Part shown: one piece after another, positions 1 to 10,800 of the stretch
Layout of the letters: the number at the start of each line of letters is the position of its first letter
Numbering within the stretch: position 1 is the first letter of the stretch
Assembly (NCBI RefSeq): GCF_964355755.1
Contig: NC_092671.1
Location: 39,132,304 to 39,196,303, forward strand
DNA from: Antedon mediterranea
Lineage: Eukaryota; Animalia; Echinodermata
Direction: 5' to 3'
Length of the DNA: 64,000 nt
Notes under the pieces: generated by a model
Seen by the model: only the letters and a program-made list of their open reading frames with translations
The model's database searches: none
Told to the model about the DNA's origin: nothing
Made by a program: the position numbers and the translations under genes

Positions 1-566
1 CAACCCAACATTATATTACAATAATAAAGATCAGAGTCAGTAATTCTGTTATTATTAGTTTCTTCTTTGCATGATTTTATAACTAACTCTTTGGCCGTGT
101 TTCCGCAGACATAAACAAAATTATCGGTAAATCATCGATTCATTTTGGCTATGGAAACATGGCCTTAGATACTCACATACAATTAGTCTCGTGTAAGCAA
201 GAAAGAACTTGAGATAGCAAAACACTCATTTTGTGTTCATTGTGAGAAGACTTTGGCAGCTCGGTGCGCAGTGCTTCAGCAGTGTATGCATCACATGTCA
301 TATATCATCACCATTGATTGGTTAAGCTGTCAATTCTAGTTATCATAAATTTCCTCAGTCGTATATCGTCAATTGTCATCAACATTATTATATAACATAT
401 ATGCATTATAGTCGTATCAACAATTGTAAGAACAAACATCGAACAAATTAATATGTGTGTGTGTTTTATTTTCTAAAATTAATCAACTAAAAACAACATA
501 TGATTGATTCCCGATTAATAGTACGGTACAGACTTAATTACAGTACAGAATCAATTTAAATAGTTA

Positions 567-920
567 CGCGTTTTAAACACTAAAACAGATTTTAATGTAA
601 AACAAGTTAGAATATGAATTGTTTTATCGATCTAATTTAAGTTTCACAGTGCAGTAGAATGATAATGTCAATTAAAAATGTTATTTTCGGTTCTCAACAT
701 TCTTATTCGGCTTTTGTCGGCGGCGGCCGGCACTACTCGTTACTTTTTTTGCGTGTTTAAAACGCTAAAACAGAATTTAATGTAAAAAAAAGTTAGCCTA
801 TGAACTGTTTAAATTGCTTTATCAATCTAATTTAAGTTTAAAGTAGAATGATAATGTCAATTAAAAGTGTTATTCGGGTCTCAACATTCTTATTCGGCTT
901 TTGTCGGCGGCGGCACTACT
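567..920. repeat. Diverged ~185-bp tandem duplication in the lectin 1 3' UTR/flank
   Basis: Two copies (~567-740, ~752-920) of 'taaaacaga.tttaatgtaa...gtagaatgataatgtcaattaaaa...tctcaacattcttattcggcttttgtcggcggcggc'. Confidence 0.85.
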
Positions 921-1437
921 TTTCTTGCGGCAACTCGCACACGTAGTAAATCTGTTGTTCGCATCCCCAGTCATTCCAGGTTCCGCTGTCTGGATCACCA
1001 CTGCTTTGATGCGCACAGTCCTCGCCGCCGGAATTATCAGGTTGACCTGTTTTCCAATTGGTATATGTCGCAACATCGCCGGAATCCTTCCACGTCCAAT
1101 TGCCCTCAACGTCACTATCCGTAAGACCAAGCCAGAAAGTGACGTCATAGATTGCAACCATATTACCAGTAGTCGACTTCCAAAGTTCGTATACGAATAA
1201 GTCTTCGGCTTCACTTCGGATGGAGACGAGATGACCAACGTCATGATGATTGAAAAATTCGTGGCAAGCGTGTTCGGCCTCATGATAGGTTTTTTTGGTT
1301 CCGAAGGCACGATAACAACTTTCTTGAAATGGAACCCAATGTGGTAGGCATGGTGGGTGGCATGCCGGGTGACCCGACTCTGCCGAAACAGCTTCAATTG
1401 CGGCTAAAGCAGCGATAACACTCAAAATCAATTTCAT
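916..1437 (-). CDS. Secreted single-domain C-type lectin (QPD/WND, galactose-type; echinoidin/perlucin-like), single coding exon
   Basis: 173-aa ORF with a hydrophobic signal peptide (MKLILSVIAALAAIEAVSA) and long-form CTLD cysteines. Motifs: CYRAF, FWLGLTD, EGNWTW, WKTGQPDNSGGEDC, WNDWGC, YYVCE. A splice acceptor (tgtctttag) lies just 5' of the ATG. Confidence 0.93.
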   Translation of the reverse strand: MKLILSVIAALAAIEAVSAESGHPACHPPCLPHWVPFQESCYRAFGTKKTYHEAEHACHEFFNHHDVGHLVSIRSEAEDLFVYELWKSTTGNMVAIYDVTFWLGLTDSDVEGNWTWKDSGDVATYTNWKTGQPDNSGGEDCAHQSSGDPDSGTWNDWGCEQQIYYVCELPQEK

Positions 1438-2204
1438 GTTTCTAAAGACAAAAAATGTATAGGTTTATATTACCATTTAAAAAAAAATAATTTGAAAGGT
1501 CGCTGTCCCTATTTTTATTCTACTTTAGTTATGTGGGCAATCTTCTATAAGTAAAACATGTAGGTAAAATATATTTAATTATTTTTACATATTAATTAAT
1601 AAGAAAATATATGTGTTAATGAACTATTATTAAAAAATAAAATATAACCTATAATATCAATAAAAAAATGTAAACAGATGCACAACATAACAGTGTTAAA
1701 AGAAATTTAGGCCCACTGTTTGGAAATAAAAGTGGGACGAACTCATGTAAGACAAAAAAATAAAAAAGTTGGGCACCAAGTTCGGACTCTACTGAAAGTT
1801 AGCAGCTTTATAGATGCTCGTGTGTAGATAATAAAAAAAAGTGAAAAGGCCCTTAAAAAAGAGCCAATATTCCATGCTTTTATTTAGTTATTACATAAAG
1901 TATATACATAAAGTATAGAATGCTACTAACATTATACTAGGAGGAGGCCACTGATCGAATTGTTTTGATCAAATCGTATGAACTGGGAAAAACAATCAGA
2001 ATATGGAATATTAGAAAGAATATAAAATCACTGTATTGATCATTTGAGAATAAAATGAATACAAGTAGTGGTTAACGCGCCAAAAAAGTGAAAACAAGTT
2101 AAAATGTTATAAAACTAGAAAATGCATCGTCACGGCGTGGCAAATACGCATGTCGACGATAAAATTACAAAGTGCCTAAAAAGAAGTCAGGGGCCAACGC
2201 ACCA

Positions 2205-2520
2205 GCCCCACAATTTGATTTGCACCTGTCTAATTTTTAAATATTAGCTGGGTGAAAAATGACCAAGTTTGACGCTATTGGCTCCACAATTTTGTTTTGC
2301 ACCCCGCTCTAATTTTTAAAGGTTAGAGAGAGAGAGATGAGTGCAATACAAAATTCTGACCACCAACACGCGCGCGACAATTTGTTTTGCACACGGCTCT
2401 AATGTTTAAAGGTTAGAGCGGGGTGCAATAACAAATTCTGACCAACGAACTGCTGATGCGACAATTTATTTTGCACACGGCTCTAATTGTTAAAAAGTTA
2501 GTGCGGTGTGCAAAATGGAT
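2205..2520. repeat. Degenerate ~75-90-bp tandem repeat, probably internal to a transposon
   Basis: Four recurrences of 'acaatt(t)gttttgcac(a/c)c(g/c)gctctaat...taaa(g)gttag'. Confidence 0.6.
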
Positions 2521-4047
2521 ACAAGTTTTAAAGTAGTCGATCGGACCAACAACGCATACGCATTACTACTACAGTTTTGTTTGCGAGCGGAGGTGTAAAA
2601 TAGCAGAATTGTGAATACCAATATTATTGTACTTACGGTTGGTTTAGTGTTTAGTTTCGGTCGACTGTTAAGACTGGTAGCAGCAGCACTGATCAACTGT
2701 AAGACTGGTAGCAGTGCAGCATGAACCTGATCATTTATACAGAATATATAAGTATTTTACCACATGTTCGTTGATATTTCGTAAACATTTTTTTCATGAT
2801 CGATCGTACGACCATGGGCCTATTGTACAGGTCTTTTATCTCCTCCTGACCAGGGTCGTACGTTCCATGTGGAAGATAAAGATTGGACCAATGGCTTCCG
2901 TTCCGTCGGGAGATTGCCACGTTTGTCGCGGAAACAATTTAAAATTAGAGATACATGGACGAGAAGTGTACATTTGCTATAAATAAAACTGCAGTATACA
3001 GGCTGATGACCCTTTTTTGCTCTATTTGAGCACCATTACACCCGGGCAAAATTCGGAAATCATTAATTGTACCTTTTATTTTAGGCCTACTACTAGAAGA
3101 GAAAAAACACAAGGCGTATGTACATAATTTTGCTATATAAAATAAAAGCATACAGGTTGAGCAAACTACACATAATGACAAAATTGGAAGGCCTACTCAA
3201 CAGCTTATTGATTGCAACTTTCCAGTTAGGTCTCCTAGAATTAAAAACAAAATACAATTTTCTATTTCAAGGGTATAGTAAGAAGCCAATTTTATAGGGC
3301 TTGAAATAAATGGATTTTCCACATCAATTTATTCTTTCCCTGACACTTTTTAATGAATCCTGTGTAGGTCAGACTCATCTAGGACCCCAAATATTGACCA
3401 ATCATGCTCGTAACATGTGACGATCATATTTGTCTGCACTTTTTCTGGAAACTTTCCATGTAGGCCTACCACCCTATAAACTTTGCGCCGTTGATGTTGA
3501 CCAGCAAATGATGAGCTCCGGAAACAAGTACGCAATTTAAATGGTAGGCCTATGAAAACAATTTTAGGGCTTAAAATAAATTGATATTCCACACCATTAA
3601 TTTATTCTTTTCCGGACACTTTTCAATGATTCCTGTCTGTAGGTAGTCAGACGCAGAGGACTTGAGCAATATCGACGCTCGTAACATGTGACCATCTTGT
3701 CTGCACTTTAAGGTGGTATGATGAAACACAAAAGATATTATAATAATTCCGGTTTATCGGTTTTAAACATTGTATATCAATTATGTGGTCGGCACTCCAT
3801 CCGGTGGTTGTCTGGACACACCAGGTGGGCACCTGGATACCCCACTAGTTCACGGACGACAAAGCGGCGATAGCAATAGTTCGAAGGTCATGTATTGTAA
3901 TAATGATATTAATATCTTTCAAGAAACTCAGCTAAAAACAAAAACCATATAAAGAAGACATTAAGACTGGAAGGTTTTTTATTTCATTGATTTTTATATA
4001 AACAAAGAAAATATCAATACTTTATCTTATAATGGCCTTGTCTTTAA

Positions 4048-4343
4048 AGATGTATTGTTCCCCTGAAAAAATAATTCTTAAAACAATTGTTGAATATTCC
4101 ATTTTAATGTAACATAATAGTTATCCACTAAAAACTGTATTTAGGCCTACCTGAAAAAAATATAATTTAAAGCAAAAAATGGTTAAATTGGCTGCCAGCC
4201 AATGGATTTTTTTGGTTGAATTTAAATATTTATTTATTTTGTTCTATGGAAGTGATTACTTTTTATTAAAACTACAAAATAACATATTCAAATTCTGATT
4301 TAATTAATCTTCATTTTTCATGTTTTTAGGGGACAATACATCT
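4048..4343. mobile_element. Non-autonomous DNA transposon with TTAA TSD (Kolobok-like AG...CT termini)
   Basis: ttaa|agatgtattgttcccc ... ggggacaatacatct|ttaa. Related copies at 16317-16861, ~53979-54289 and ~61900-62256; partial copies near 18600-18812, 31130 and 38330. Confidence 0.75.
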
Positions 4344-4617
4344 TTAAATTTGAAAACTCAACAAATTATTGAGTCAAGTCAACTACTAAATTGTGGCCAT
4401 ACATTTTGTGTTATTATTATTATTTTATTAATAGACCTATAAGTAAAACAATATGTGCATATCATAACTACATTTATTTCGTGAATGTAATATAAATCAA
4501 GACTACTCGATTGCATCATTCAATCTAGCATACAAATTATGATAGTTCATGATGATGATGATGATGATCACGAAACAAGTAGGTGGTAAATTATTATTTA
4601 TTAATTTTAAGCACTTA

Positions 4618-4915
4618 CGCTTGGTTCCCACTATGACGCAGCGCAAGTGTGTTGACCAATGACAAGCGAAAGTTCGAATAATTCATCGCTTGTGATTGGT
4701 CAACTCACTTAAGCTTGGTTCCCACTAGAACGTAAGGCAAGCGTTTTAACCAATGACAAGCGAAGAGACAGTTAGCAATCACAAGCGAATAAGCAATCGC
4801 TTGTGATTGGTCAATTCGCTTGCATTGCGTTTACGTCCTTGCGTTACGTTCTAGTGGGAACCAACCATTACGTTGCGCTTACGTCCTTGCGTCACGTCTC
4901 CAGTGGGAACCAAAG
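4618..4915. mobile_element. Tourist/PIF-Harbinger-like MITE family A, with a second copy nested inside (4712-4867)
   Basis: TIR (a)gcttggttcccactag / ctagtgggaaccaa. The inner copy is flanked by TTA at 4709-4711 and 4868-4870. Confidence 0.85.
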
Positions 4916-4923
4916 TGACTTGA

Positions 4924-5400
4924 TTACTGTCGCATTTCGCACATGTAGTACGCATGTGCACCACAGTTCAAATCATTCCATCGGCCGGAAGTTGGCTCCA
5001 GATGCACACAGTCCTCATTTCTTGAATTATCAGGTTGATTCAGTTTCCAATTCCTGTACCAAACAACAGATTCACTTGAATCCGCCCATTTGTAAATACC
5101 CTCTTGATCTATGTCGTTAAGTCCTGTCCAAAATGTGATGCCTGTAGCTGCAATCTTGTTACCCGTACTGGACTTCCAGAGTTCGTACACGAACCAATTT
5201 TCGAATGCACTGCCGATTGAGACTAGATGAGCCCTATGTCGTTTACACTCGGCCCGGGCTTGCGACCATGTGACTAGGTGTCCAAAGCCCCGGTAACAAC
5301 TTTGTTGAAACGGGACCCAAAATAAATCGCATTGGCATGTCGAGTTTCCAGAAACTCCCATTGTGGCCAAAGCAGCAACGATACAAAACAACAATATCAT
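4924..5400 (-). CDS. Second secreted C-type lectin (QPD/WND), tandem paralogue
   Basis: ATG at 5398-5400 follows the same 'ag AAAC ATG' acceptor context as lectin 1. Protein reads MILLFCIVAALATMGVSG...WVPFQQSCYRGFG...FWTGLND...WKLNQPDNSRNEDC...WNDLNC...YYMCE and shares FVYELWKS(S/T)TGN with lectin 1. Confidence 0.92.
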   Translation of the reverse strand: MILLFCIVAALATMGVSGNSTCQCDLFWVPFQQSCYRGFGHLVTWSQARAECKRHRAHLVSIGSAFENWFVYELWKSSTGNKIAATGITFWTGLNDIDQEGIYKWADSSESVVWYRNWKLNQPDNSRNEDCVHLEPTSGRWNDLNCGAHAYYMCEMRQ

Positions 5401-6284
5401 GTTTCTATAAAAAAAAATATAAACAATAAATATTTCTATATACAGTAATATTTTATTTATCAGCAAATGTTTTTTCTTCTCCCAGACGGGCTTTGGGTTT
5501 GTAATTTGAGCTTGACCCGTCCTAGTTTACAAATTATCAAAAACTTCAGCCTCTAGGACTATAGCTACCGCTCTAATATAGCTTCTGAATGAGTATGTCC
5601 TTTTGGGACATAGCTGGCTAAAGCCACGGCGCGAAAAAACGTAAGGCCTACCCTGTTAATTAGGAAAAACATTTATATTGATCATTGATTCCAATTTAAA
5701 TGATCGATCTATAATTTGGAGGTGGTACAAATTACACAGTAAAATCCTTATTCTTTTGTACACAAAGGTTGTAAATACAAAAAAATAATGACTAAATATA
5801 ATAAGTGTATAACTTTACGTTTCTGATGTTTTTATTCAACTTCAGATTATTCGTGCTATAGCAAACATTATCAACCTTATGCCCACCTTTTTTTCATTTT
5901 CTATGGAGTCACCACATTATAGTGTAGACAGAGATTAAATGTTGCAATTTACAAAGACTTTATTGTTTAATATTAATTATGATTACAGGTGATAAGGTAA
6001 TAGACTATTAGACTTGCTCTAAGTCTGTATTTATTGTCTTTTTTATGTTATTCCACACGTCGTCGTTTTATTTCTGATAGTACTTAACTGTTATCCAAAC
6101 TCAAGTAATACACGTATGAAACGCCATATGTGCAAAAATATTTATCTTTTTACTAATATTAAGACAAAACTCCGTCTGGAGCCCAGACCATTAAACAATA
6201 TAATGAGGTACTCACCGATAATACATAGTTAGACAGCTAATACTGGGTGAGACAATTTACTGATGTGACTAGCCCGTTACCTAG

Positions 6285-6490
6285 AGTGATGCAAGTTACC
6301 TGCTGTGATGCAAGTTACCTGGTCCGATGCAAGTTACGGAGTGATGCAAGTTACCTGGTTTGATGCACGTTACCTGGTTTGATGCAAGTTACCTAGTTTG
6401 ATGCACGTTACCTGGTGTGATGCAAGTTACCTGGTGTGATGCAAGTTACCTGGTATGATGCAAGTTACGGCGTGATGCTAGTTACCCGTT
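6285..6490. repeat. 19-bp minisatellite (~11 copies)
   Basis: Unit gatgcaagttacctggtgt, with variants. Confidence 0.9.
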
Positions 6491-6957
6491 GAGTGAACAA
6501 TCAACTAATGCAAGCAACAGTATTCTCATCAATTTATACCATGTTTCCAAGGGTGTGCCAGTTGATAACCGGGGTTTTCTCTATTAATTAGTTCAGAGGT
6601 AATCCTTAATGTAAGGAAATCCTGATTTCTTCATCACACCATATTTGGTATTGCCTTACAAAATTATTATGTGGTTAGTAGAATGTTCTATAAAATAGTG
6701 CGACAGACCAACTTTTAAAATAAAGATAATTTTCATTATTTGACCTTTATTACTCAATAAACTTTTACCATTATATATAGTGATTTCCATTTGCTGTACA
6801 AAAAAAGTACAAATAGGACACGTGTTATGCTAAACCTTTAATATAAAAGGCAAATAAAATTAAAACTAGGATATCCTTATCTTTCATAAATCCTTCCTTC
6901 CTTCCATTTAAAAGAGAATATCTAGATAATTTGTAAATTAATTGTAGATCTAGTAGA

Positions 6958-7140
6958 TATGTAGCTTGGTGGTTAACATGCTTCCTATCTCAAGGTCCAG
7001 AGTTCAATCCTGACCTAGTGCCAGGGTTGTAAATAAACTCACGACTCTTTCAACTTCACTTCATAAGCCTCAAATGAGACTTTAAAGTATTACTATAAAT
7101 TATTAAATAGTTTATCCATTCTGTTACTGGCGAGTTACTG
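6958..7140 (+). mobile_element. tRNA-derived SINE (family 2)
   Basis: A-box-like tagcttggtggttaac and B-box gagttcaatcc. Inverted copy at ~30270-30450 and a 3' fragment at ~22185-22270. Confidence 0.7.
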
Positions 7141-7340
7141 GATAGTGAACATCTACATCAAATCTTACATAAAATGTACAAATATTATTATACAAAACAA
7201 CATACATAAACATTTTTTCGCAGAATTATTTAATGCAATTAATATTTGCTTTTACAATTTGAAGTGTGTAAATTCACATCGGTTTTATTTTTGCTTATTA
7301 TCAGTTAAAAGGATCACACAAAGACATAGTGACTTAACAA

Positions 7341-7781
7341 TTGACATATGGCTGTATGATAGGCATGTCATGTAGCTGCATGATAGGCGTGTCATGTAAG
7401 TGACATATGGCTGTATGATACGCATGTCATGTAAGTGACATAGCTGCATGATAGGTGTGTCACATGACATATGGTTGCATGATAGGTGTGTCATGTAAGT
7501 GACATATGGCTGCATGATAGGTGTGTCATGTAAGTGACATATGGCTGCATTATAGGCGTGTTATGTAAAGCGTGGTTCCCACTAGAACGTAACGCAAGGA
7601 CGTAAACGCAACGCAAGCGTTTTAACCAATGACAAGCAAAGTTATAGACAGTTAGCAATCACAAGCGAATAAGCCATCACTTGTGATTGGTCAATTCACT
7701 TGCGTTGCGTTACGTCCTTGCGTTGCGTCGCTAGTGGGAACCACGCTTTAGTGACATGGCTGCATGATAGGCGTGTCATGT
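7341..7781. repeat. ~35-bp minisatellite 3' of the SMARCE1 stop codon, interrupted by a family A MITE (7569-7747)
   Basis: Unit gtgacatatggctgcatgataggcgtgtcatgtaa. The MITE has a perfect 17-bp TIR, agcgtggttcccactag / ctagtgggaaccacgct. Confidence 0.88.
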
Positions 7782-7857
7782 GTTTTGGGAGGGAGGGGAA
7801 TATGTCATAGACATGGCACCAATGGCAGATTGTGATTTAGCTATCTTATCTTTTTCC

Positions 7858-10800
7858 TCAATAAGCATCAGTTTTTTTCACAGTCTCATCTTCATCTTCT
7901 TTTGTCTCATCACCAACTCTCTTTTCAGAATCTTCCTTACTGCTCTTATCATCCTTTTCCTGTTCTTCTTCCCTTGAGCTGGTTTGTTTAGTTGTGTCAT
8001 CATTCATACCATCTTCATCTTGGCAAGGTAATTCTCCAGAAGGACTCAGAACAGGTGGTTTGTCATCATTTTCCAAATCTAAACAAAAAGAAACAATTAT
8101 TTAACTACAAATCAGTATTACATGGGATGTGTAGTTTGTTCTGTTAAAGGTCTGGCTACACTATCAAACTTTATGTGACAAAAAAGTATGATGTGCCCAA
8201 ATTTGGTGGTGATATTAGGGTTAGGGTTAGGGTTGGTGGTGATATGCCAAAATATGGTAGTGATATGACATCATCATGTCCATATATGGGCACATCACAT
8301 GTTTTTGTCACATAAAGTTTGATAGTGTAGACAGAGCTTAAGAAGAGCTTAATCATATTGATATTTTTAATGATAGACTTGGTTATTTTAAGAGGACGAT
8401 TATGTGTTCACTTCTTGAACAGCCTGCATAACCTGTTTGATTAATATAAATTTTAAATCGAAATTGTTTATGGCATGCCGATATATGTTATATATATATA
8501 TATTGTTAATATTATTGTTATACGTTTTTGATGTTGTATTGTTTTATGTTTCAAACCTGTTAGTGGCGGTATTTATCGCTGTTGGTTTTGACTGAATAAA
8601 ATAAAATAAAATTGGTTCAAAAGTTGGCTTTCGTGTCCAAAACAAACTAGATTTAGTAAATATAGATTTATCTAGATATGAATACTATAGAGAGTCTGTT
8701 GTTGACTGAGCGGAGCATGTGAAGGTTACTTACCCGTTTGTGGATCTTTTGTGTCTGCCATTTCAGAACACAAAGCTGGTGGAGGAGTCTCCACTTTAGA
8801 AGGCGTTATTTCCGAACCCTCTTCCATCGGTTCTTGATCTCCATTCTTCTCTGTCTCTTTTGATGCTTCTGGTGAGTTTTTAGAAGCTTCGACAGAACTC
8901 TCAACCGTGGATTCTGATACCAGATCACGATCACGTTCAAGTTCTCCTGTCTCCTCCTCTGTCCTCATGCCAACAATTTTAGTGGTGTCTGCTCCTTCTG
9001 ACGTGCTCTGATCGTTATTGGTGGTTGGTTGAGAAGTTGATGGCTCTGGAGGGAGTTGTGGAGTTGGCTGTGTCACTACAGGTCGCGGATTCATAAGTGG
9101 AAAGATTGTTGGTGGCATTTCAGCATAAATTTCATCCCACTTAATGTCAACCTTCTCTGCACACAACTGAAAGCATAGTAATATTGCTTTAATGTAGAAA
9201 ATAAACACTAGTATTGTAAGGTTTGTAATTCCTAATAAAACATCAACAATTAGGGGAAAATGGCAAAATTTATCAATTGAAGACATTTTTACCTTTTTTA
9301 TTGATTCATGCCATTCACCGCTATTCTCTTTAAATTTGCGTTTCTTTTCTTGGAACTTTTCTTCTATTTGCTGGAGTTCGCCTTCAAGTTTTTTCTAAAC
9401 AAATCAAAAATAGAATGAGAAATTATGAGCAAATATTACTTACACAAAAGATGAGCAAAATTCTGATACTCTGATATTACTAAACTTATTAAACAATATT
9501 GTATACTGTATTATGACCAAATATGGTCACAGCGGAAATTAAATTTGTCAAGAAATCGTAATCTCAAAAGCAAAACACTCTTAAGCTCTGTTCACTATCA
9601 AACTAGTTTGTCCCTAAATATGGTAGTGATATGCCACATATATGACATCATCATGTCTATATATGGGCACATCACATTTTTTTGTCGCATAAAGTTTGAT
9701 AGTGTAGACAGAGCTTAACCCTTAATATCTTGACAATTACCTGATGAAGTATGAGAGACTTGACTTGTTTTTTAAGAATATCCATCCTGTTCTCTGTGAT
9801 CACTGACCTAGGATCGGGAACAGCTATGTCACTGAATATTTCGCCAATGAGTCGATGGTTGCGTTGATAACGTGCTGTTGCTACATGTTTCACAGAAAAA
9901 CCATCGTCTTGATCTAAGATAGGAAAATGAAATTTTAAAATGCAATGTTTTTAATATACAAGTTTTTGTATAGCGCCGAATTCCAACAAATCTTTCATTT
10001 TGCGTTTGTTTAATCCTGTCACTGTCAGTTTGTTTAATCCTGTCACTGTCAGGTTTGTTAATCCTGTCACTGTCAGGTTTGTTAATCCTGTCACTGTCAG
10101 GTTTGTTTAATCCTGTCACTGTCAGGTTTGTTAATCCTGTCACTGTCAGGTTTGTTAATCCTGTCACTGTCAGGTTTGTTAATCCTGTCACTGTCAGGTT
10201 TGTTAATCCTGTCACTGTCAGGTTTTTAATCCTGTCACTGTCAGGTTTGTTAATCCTGTCACTGTCAGGTTTTTAATCCTGTCACTGTCAGGTTTGTTAA
10301 TCCTGTCACTGTCAGGTTTGTTAATCCTGTCACTGTCAGGTTTTTAATCCTGTCACTGTCAGGTTTGTTAATCCTGTCACTGTCAGGTTTGTTAATCCTG
10401 TCACTGTCAGGTTTTTAATCCTGTCACTGTCAGGTTTGTTAATCCTGTCACTGTCAGGTTTGTTAATCCTGTCACTGTCAGGTTTGTTAATCCTGTCACT
10501 GTCAGGTTTGTTAATCCTGTCACTGTCAGGTTTGTTAATCCTGTCACTGTCAGGTTTGTTAATCCTGTCACTGTCAGGTTTGTTAATCCTGTCACTGTCA
10601 GGTTTGTTAATCCTGTCACTGTCAGGTTTGTTAATCCTGTCACTGTCAGGTTTGTTAATCCTGTCACTGTCAGGTTTGTTAATCCTGTCACTGTCAGGTT
10701 TGTTAATCCTGTCACTGTCAGGTTTGTTAATCCTGTCACTGTCAGGTTTGTTAATCCTGTCACTGTCAGGTTTGTTTAATCCTGTCACTGTCAGGTTTGT

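Noticed and set aside
870-1397. Overlapping alternative-frame and antisense ORFs over lectin 1 (also 4803-5120 and 28474-29019)
   Set aside because: They are shadows of real coding exons with no recognisable motifs.
2735-2920. Coding-looking stretch (WSNLYLPHGTYDPGQEEIKDLYNRP...)
   Set aside because: I recognise no family, and it has no ATG or convincing splice partners. It may be an unrecognised repeat fragment; BLASTx would settle it.
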